Source of the DNA: Naegleria gruberi
Taxonomy: Eukaryota
Direction: 5' to 3' (one strand)
DNA length: 64,000 nt
NCBI GenBank assembly: GCA_000004985.1
Contig: GG738846.1
How positions within the stretch are numbered: the stretch's first letter is position 1; each line of letters starts with the position of its first letter. Below, in pieces: positions 57,120 through 64,000 of this stretch. The notes under the pieces are model-generated. The model had not been told where the DNA came from, ran no database searches, and worked only from the letters and a program-made list of their open reading frames with translations. A program made the translations under genes and the position numbers.

Positions 57120-60100
57120 ATGCCACCAAGAGAAGCAAGAGGAAATTCCAACCCATCATCTGGCTCTTCTCGATACCACAGATCATTTAAGAATACATCG
57201 GATAATACCGATGAACAACAACATAAACCTTCAAGAGGGAATTATAGAGGGGGATATAGAGGAAACTCTCGTTCAAATTCTTCTTCAAGAACAGAGGAAA
57301 CAAATGACACAAACACACAAAAATCGACTTCTCACAGAGGAGGACACAATACACAAAGAGGACCTTACATACCAAGAAATTCAGAGGATTTATCGGAAGG
57401 TTTACCTAAAACAAGAGTTAAGCCATACAAACCTGGTTTTATTAAAAAACAAAAATCCGAAACACTTCCCAATTTTCAAATAGTAGCAAGAAATGATGAA
57501 GATGAGGAAAGTTCACAAACATCAAATAGGACAAAAAAACAACCATTTAAAAAACCGAATCCAAAAGATTTAGTTTGGGAAAGATCTGCTGAAAGAGATG
57601 ATGAGCAGGCTCCAAAACCTCCAAAACAAACTTTTCAAAAACAACCATTTAAAAAACCGAACCCAAAAGATTTGGTTTGGGAAAGGCCTGCTGAAAGAGA
57701 TGATGAACAGATTCCAAAACAAAAATTAAAGAAACAACCATTTAAAAAACCGAATCCAAAAGATTTGGTTTGGGAAAGGCCTCCCGAAAAGGATAATCAA
57801 AGATTTAAAGAAGGAAAAAATCTACATTTACAAATTTTCAAATAGTAGCAAATAATGACGACAAGGACGAGGAGCAAAATACTCAAAAACCACATAGAAA
57901 GCAACCATTTCAAAAACCAAATCCAAAAGATTTAGTTTGGGAAAGGCCTGCTGAAAGAGATGATGAACAGATTCCAAAACAAACTTTCCAAAAACAACCA
58001 TTTAAAAAACCGAATCCTAAAGATTTGGTTTGGGAAAGACCTGTAGATAAGGATGAGCCAACTCTAACAAATAGAATTGCAAAAAAACAACCATTTAAAA
58101 AACCAAATCCAAAAGATTTAGTTTGGGAAAGGCCTGCTGAGAGAGACGATGAGCAGGCTCCAAAACAAACTTTTCAAAAACAACCATTTAAAAAACCGAA
58201 TCCAAAAGATTTGGTTTGGGAAAGGCCTGCTGAAAGAGATGATGAAGAATCCGAACACTCTCATACACCATCTGGAATTCACAAATATTTAGATGATTTA
58301 TCACATGGCCCAAATATATTTACCCTACCACAAGGATTTTCTGGATTTGGCTCTTACAGAGATTCTAATTTACCAGATAATAATTTATTCGAAATTTCTA
58401 AACCAAAAATTGTAAATATCAACGAGGATGAAGAGGATAATATAATCAAATCTGACGAGAAAGGGGTATTATTTGAGGATGAAGAACAAGACGAAGAGTA
58501 TTATGTAGAAAAAGACCAAACAGACAATGAGCAAGATGAAGAGGATAATCATGACGAGGAAGATCAAGAAGAAGACTATAATAATTTTGTTATTGAAAGA
58601 AAATCTTCCTCATCGTATGATGAAAACGACAGTGAAAGACAAATCCTAACAATTCCCCCTAAAACACATGAAAAGAATGAAAAGGACATTATCTACTCGA
58701 AACTGAAAACTATGGAATCAAAGACAAAAATTTGGGAAAAAAGCTATCCAATCAAGGCTAACTCAATTATTGGTACATGTCAGGACAAATGCCCAAAACA
58801 AGAGATTACCAACAGAGAAAAGGATAACGATCTCAGTTTATTTGAAAAGACAGGAAAGATCATTATAGACGAGCATGGTATTAAGATGTACAAAGCAGAT
58901 CCTAATGCTTGCGTGAAAAAGTATGCCAGATCTGCTGCAGCCGTTCATGCTGATCCTTCACTAATTCGTCCTCCTCTAATACTCAAGAAAACATTGGAAT
59001 ATTTGACCCATAATATTTTAGAACGTAAAGAAGAGTATCATACTATATATTTTTTTATTAGAGACAGAGCTAGAAGTATTATCCAAGACCTAACAATACA
59101 AGACATCAGAGATGAACGAAGTGTAGACTTACATGAAATAATTTCAAGGTTTCACATAATGAGTCATCACTTACTAGCAGATGTAGGAGAAGAATTATCA
59201 GATCCTCATCAAAATCTTGAATTAATGAGCAAATGGCTTAAAAGCTTACAGGAGCTCTATTTTGAATTAAGATCTAATGGAATTGAATGTCCAAATGAGT
59301 CAGAGTTCACTGCTTACTATATACTTGTAAAGATTACTTCAGATCAAGAAGTTGCCAAGTGTTTGAGAAACCTTCCTTCCAAAGTCAGCAAGTCTCCAGA
59401 GGTATTGTTCGCCCTTAAGGTTTACGGAGCATTTTCTACTAAAAATTATGTACGATATTTTGAATTGGTCAAGCAAGCAAGTTACCTAAGTGCATGTCTA
59501 ATGCACATGTATTTTGCACATATCAGAGAAGAAGCTCTCAGAATTATGAATACAGCATTTAATATTAAGGTCACTGATATTTCCAAGGCTGGTAGATATC
59601 CAATATCTAAACTCGTAGATATTTTGGCATTTGAAACTAAAGGAGAGTGCACAGATTTTTGCAAAGCCCACGGTATTTATATTGACGGGGATGATGTATT
59701 ATTCAAATACTCCACGTTCGTAACACCTGACAAGAAAATCAAATCAAAGAGGTCATTGAGGTTGATTGAATCAAAGGTTGCTGGCATTAGATACTCTGAT
59801 CTTGTAAATTTAAATTTTCGGATAGCTCCAGAACCTTCCAAAACACCGCCGAAAGAATTAGAAACTAAAATCAATGAGTCACCTCAGAAAATCGAGATAA
59901 TCAATCCACCAACTCAAGTGCAAATAGTTCCTCCAGCTTCCCAACCAAAACCACCAACACCTGCTCTTATTCAGAGTGCTATTCCAAAGGAAGTAATAAG
60001 AGAACCTGAAACAAAAATACCATTGGTAACTCAGCAACCACCATCTAGGTATGATGTTCCACATGTCAATCCACCCTCCACTTTTGTTCCACCCAAACCA

Positions 60101-62176
60101 ACTACACAAGAAAATAGACCAATCTTTCCTCCAATTGTTTTTAGTCCTTCCCAGATGCCACCTTTTAACATAATCAAGTCACCAAATCCTCCAATTCCAC
60201 CTACTCTAATTCAACCACAACCACCTGTAGCTTTTAAAACTCAATCACATAGAAACGAAATTTCTATTGATCCCTTGATTCCTCAAATCCCAGTCTCCCC
60301 AATTAAACCCCTAGGTCCGACTGAGGAGGAAACCAAAAAAGAACTGAAAAGCAAATATTTTTCATTATTGAAGAAATATGCAGAAAGGAAAAAGAGAATT
60401 CGTGCAAGTAGGAAACAACACATCAGCAATGCAATGGACTTTGTACTCCAAGAAAATATTATGTCAGATGATTATGAAGAAGATCAATCAATGTGCAAAT
60501 ATTACAAACACATATTCAAGAAGAGATATCTCAGCCAATTATACCAACCTCTTGACTTGGCTTCTCTTATCTTTAATTCACCTGTTACTGACAAGATTGA
60601 TACATTTTTCAGCTTTTTTTGGAAACTAATGATAGTACCAGGAACAAACAGCACTCATCTTAATGAATGGATTGCGGCAAAATTTTCTCGCCCAAATAGT
60701 GATGACTATTTGTGTAATTTTATAGTAAACGGTAAGGACGTGGATTCCCTACCAAGACCCAAGAAAAACACAGAACTACATATTTGTGCACGAACCCCCA
60801 AAGACTCAAGGTCATGGAGAGGTACTTCCTCAATAATTTTCATATTGGATAATCCCAACAATACCGATTTACAGACATATTTCTCACTAGAAAAAAAGAG
60901 GTTACACCAACATTTTTCAAATTTAGGCTTATTTAATGATACTCATATCCCTATTCTAATTCTCTTTGATAAGAGCTGGTTTCACAATAGCAGTGAAAAT
61001 ATGCTAAAGGAGCATTTCCTTCACATTATCTATGAAGATTTTAAATGCTTTTCAAATGTGGAATATGTAGGCATTAATTTTACTCACCTACTAAACTTTC
61101 CCTCATCAGAAGAAATTGCTATTTTAAATCAAGTTTTAGAAAATTACACCTTGTGGCTTGCAAATAACTCCTCCGATCCACCTCTTCTCCACACATATTC
61201 TATTAGAGATTTGATAGAAGAAACAACTTTTTCACACATTCGAAAATTGTTGATCGATATTGATCCAAATGCTAGAAATGGTATAACTGTTAAGGATTTG
61301 ATACTTGTATACAATGATGTGTGTGAATCGCTATCCCATCAGACTATTTCAGAGACTGAAAGAATGAGAAAACTAAATTGGCCAGCTCCAGAGTTTGAAA
61401 AGTATTGCGATTGGAACACAGATGAAAATGCAATACTTCAAAAAGAGCTTTTAGGTCAATTATCATTACCAACCATTGATCTAACTCTCTACAACTCTAA
61501 ACATATTGTTGACAATTTGTATAGCTCATGTAAGCAGTATGTGACAACCCTGTATACAAAACGTAAGATTTATCATCCAGCCATTTCCAGTCAATCCATC
61601 AAGCAGTTGGTTAAGGAACTTGTTAACGGTGGTGGATATGCTGCTAGTATCAAAATCTTTGAAATGTTCATTGAGATACATTTAACCTTGCTCTTTGATA
61701 AGGATCCACTTTATAGTTTTGTTTTCACCACAGCAGAATTCAAAAGTATTGCCAATTCAGTTTTGGAGAGGCTCAGATATAGCTCAAACCCATTCATCGA
61801 ATCGTCATTAAGGGCTTCGTATGGGTTAAAAATGTCTCTCAATTCAGACAAGACTAATTTTGAGACTTTTAGAAATCTTAAACGTATTATCAAAGAATCC
61901 ACTCAAGAAAAAAACCAAGATTGTAAGAAGAGAAAACTTGTTACCTATATTGATATTAATCAATGTATAGGGATGCACACCCAATTATCAAACAAAATTA
62001 GTGAGCAAAGAAGTCTATTTTCTCATCTCGAATCAGCCCCATCCGATCTTAGTTACCACTCTATTGTAGATACAGATATGAGTGACACAGTATCCACCAG
62101 TGACAGTTGTCAGTCCTGCATTGATTCCCTCAAATTACTACAAGAAAAACTTGAAATGTATAGAAAGGGTATTTAA
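57120..62176 (+). CDS. SAC3/GANP-family protein (TREX-2 / MCM3AP-like) with an N-terminal 31-aa tandem-repeat region. The reading frame is broken once near 57806-57845. If that is corrected, the ORF is about 1685 aa.
   Basis: The C-terminal half has the SAC3/GANP domain with the diagnostic IGTCQDKCPKQE motif (GTCxDMCPxxE), continuing ...IYFFIRDRARSIIQDLTIQD.... The N-terminal ORF (57120..57845) and the long ORF (58025..62176) carry the same KKQPFKKPNPKDLVWERPAERDDEQxPKQTFQ repeats. The second frame is open from 57809, so the two ORFs are one gene. Confidence 0.65.
57540..58260 (+). repeat. Tandem coding repeat of about 8 units of about 93 nt (31 aa: QKQPFKKPNPKDLVWERPAERDDEQ[A/I]PKQTF) inside the SAC3/GANP gene. 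It is nested in a larger roughly 390-nt duplication (the NFQIVA[R/N]ND... block occurs twice).
   Basis: I read the repeats directly: caaccatttaaaaaaccgaatccaaaagatttggtttgggaaaggcctgctgaaagagatgatga... recurs with a period of about 93 nt. Unit starts are near 57541, 57642, 57734, 57903, 57996, 58090 and 58183. Confidence 0.7.
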
Positions 62177-62184
62177 TAAAGTGC

Positions 62185-63420
62185 TCAGATTTTGAACGTT
62201 TGGTAAATATTTTCCTTATTGAGTTCAGTTAGAGGAGACAATCCACTTGTCATATCAACCGATTTTGTTTGTTTTTGTTTTTCAAATTCTGTCTTTTCTT
62301 TAAGGAAAGCCAATCTTTCTTTTTCTAATTGTTTTTCCTTTTCTTCTAATTTTTCTTCCTTCTTCTTTATGAATTGTTCTCTTTTTTCTAATGCCTTTTC
62401 TTTTTCCTTGAGGATCTTGTAGCGTTGTTTGATATAGGTATCGAAAATATTAAATCTCACAATAGATGTTTCACAAATTTCAACAATGGAAATTCTTTTT
62501 TTTGGCTTCAATTAAATGTAAGAGGTTGGTAGTTGAAACACTATACTTACATCTACACAAATCATTCTATTGATTAATTCAGAAACCTCCTTACTGTAAC
62601 AAGATGGAATTGGATTGAATTTTCCAGCTGCAATCTTCTTTTCAAGTAACACAGCATTTGGAGCTTTAAAAGGAGGCTCCAAGGTGCACAACTCATACAA
62701 AATACATCCCAGAGACCAGATATCACAACTTTCGTCATACCCTTGATCACTCAATTGATCTGACAATAATTCAGGAGGCATATAGTAAGGTGTTCCAAGT
62801 CTTGTGTGAGCAAACTTTGATTGGTCCGATAAAATTCTTGCCAATCCAAAATCACCCAACTTTACATTCAAATCTTTATCCAAGAAAATATTTCCTGGTT
62901 TCAAATCTCTATGAATAACTTTTCCACTCTTTCTTGTGTGACATTCTTTTAATGCACAACAAACTTCGGAAAAGATTTTCAGAACTGTTGCTTCTTCAAT
63001 TTTACCAGATGTTTTCTTAATGGATTGTATAAATTTACCCAAATCTCCACCCTCACAGCACTCCATCAAAATGTACAATTTTCTCTTGTTTTTATCAATG
63101 TACCTATTAAAATATTTAACTATATTCTTGTTTTCCAAATCTTTGAGAATGTTAACCTCTAAATAAATGTATGTTTTTTATCACCCTCAAGTCTCTTACT
63201 TACCAGTGACTATTAATTGCTTTTCCTTCTCCGACATTCGGCCATAATCAATCTCTTTCCACACATATATCCTATGATCCTTCTTGGATTTAACCTTATA
63301 CTTTTTATAGGGATAGAATTATAGTTAAAATTTATGGAAATGATTTAAACCTACCACACTTCCAAAGCTACCATGCCCTAATTGTTCTACAACATCAAAA
63401 TCGGCTAATCCTGTCTCCAT
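62185..63420 (-). CDS. NEK: NIMA-related kinase (NEK2-like). Four exons: 63355..63420, 63204..63300, 62551..63158 and 62185..62505. Introns: 63301..63354 (54 nt), 63159..63203 (45 nt) and 62506..62550 (45 nt).
   Basis: The spliced product METGLADFDVVEQLGHGSFGSV|YKVKSKKDHRIYVWKEIDYGRMSEKEKQLIVT|EVNILKDLENKNIVKYFNRYIDKNKRKLYILMECCEGGDL...HRDLKPGNIFLD...DFGLARIL...GTPYYMPPE... is colinear with human NEK2. After the last intron (in frame, contains a stop) a coiled-coil tail follows (KEKEKALEKREQFIKKKEEKLEEKEKQLEKERLAF), as in the NEK2 leucine-zipper/coiled coil. Confidence 0.75.
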
Positions 63421-63530
63421 ATTGCTGTTAATGAAATGTTGTATTTTTTTTAACAATGTGTAACGTTTCGATTCTAGAAATATTGAGCGGTTAAGGAACA
63501 TTTGGCGGGAAAAATAAAAATTTTACTTGC

Positions 63531-64000
63531 TTAAATATTAAATTGTTTCTTATCAACAACAAGTTCATTTCTTCCGTACCATTCAAATTCACCAAACAAG
63601 TTATCAAATTTACCCAATTGTAAACTTTGTAATCGGAAAGTAACACGAGGTCCAACTTCTTGAATTTTTACACCCTTAGTTACAGTTACAGACTTGGCAC
63701 GATCTTTTACACCCTGTTCAATGTTATTTTCGTCACACTCTTCTTCTTCACTTTCGTCTTCATCATCTGATTGTTGAATGTCCATTTCATTATTGACAAC
63801 TTTCAATTGGTTATTCAATTTTTCAATCTCTTGTTTAACATTCTTGGCCAAATAGACATCATCACGGTCATACTCTGAATGGTCATTACCTTTGTTCTTT
63901 TCATCAACATCATAGAAATTATAAATGTGGTGTCTGAAGAATATAAAGTCACGTTGATTGTGCATGGTCACAACTCTTCTACCAGTAAAATTAGGTTTTT
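63531..64000 (-). CDS. Brix-domain ribosome biogenesis protein (Imp4/RPF1-like). Only the 3' part is present; the gene continues past the window end.
   Basis: The C-terminal segment HNQRDFIFFRHHIYNF...GPRVTFRLQSL... carries the Brix-family DFIFFRHHRY signature. The ORF is open to the window edge on the minus strand, so it is 5'-truncated by the window. Confidence 0.55.
   Translation of the reverse strand, partial: KPNFTGRRVVTMHNQRDFIFFRHHIYNFYDVDEKNKGNDHSEYDRDDVYLAKNVKQEIEKLNNQLKVVNNEMDIQQSDDEDESEEEECDENNIEQGVKDRAKSVTVTKGVKIQEVGPRVTFRLQSLQLGKFDNLFGEFEWYGRNELVVDKKQFNI

Noticed and set aside
1-64000. CRISPR arrays, prokaryotic defence or secretion systems, operon structure, rRNA genes, and transposons or LTRs.
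   Set aside because: I found no direct repeats with spacers, no inverted terminal repeats, and no transposase, integrase, reverse-transcriptase or rDNA-like sequence. All genes have eukaryotic homologs and spliceosomal introns.

Overview
This 64-kb window is eukaryotic nuclear DNA, not prokaryotic. It is AT-rich (roughly one-third GC), very gene-dense (intergenic spacers often 70-300 bp) and intron-poor. Introns are tiny (35-93 nt, mostly 40-48 nt) with GTAAGT/GTATGT/GTACGT donors and TAG/CAG acceptors, and they cluster at the 5' ends of genes. Stop codons are standard (mostly TAA), and Q/N/S-rich low-complexity tracts are common. I could place about 35 protein-coding genes by recognisable homology. 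They include ciliary and basal-body genes (IFT25, IFT144/WDR19, WDR90/POC16, a NEK2-like kinase), INTS11, Nop14, SLU7, PSMD11, spermidine synthase, signal peptide peptidase, syntaxin 16, glutaminase, an M14 carboxypeptidase, a GT13 GnT-I-like transferase, a SAC3/GANP protein, ASPDH and an ENaC/degenerin-like channel. Most have several introns that I reconstructed by hand. The source organism must be a flagellated or ciliated eukaryote with a compact genome. A heterolobosean amoeboflagellate such as Naegleria fits the GC content, intron density, ENaC and Integrator content, but this is inference only. I found no rRNA, CRISPR, transposon or prokaryotic-style system. The most notable oddities are two large genes broken by single frame changes (the SAC3/GANP gene at an A6 run inside a 93-nt tandem coding repeat, and a Q/N-rich gene at 2800-2924), an intron placed directly after the ATG of IFT144, a block of four genes without recognisable homologs, a truncated tRNA-like element, and nested alternative acceptor AGs. 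Coordinates come from hand indexing and may be off by 1-2 nt at splice junctions.
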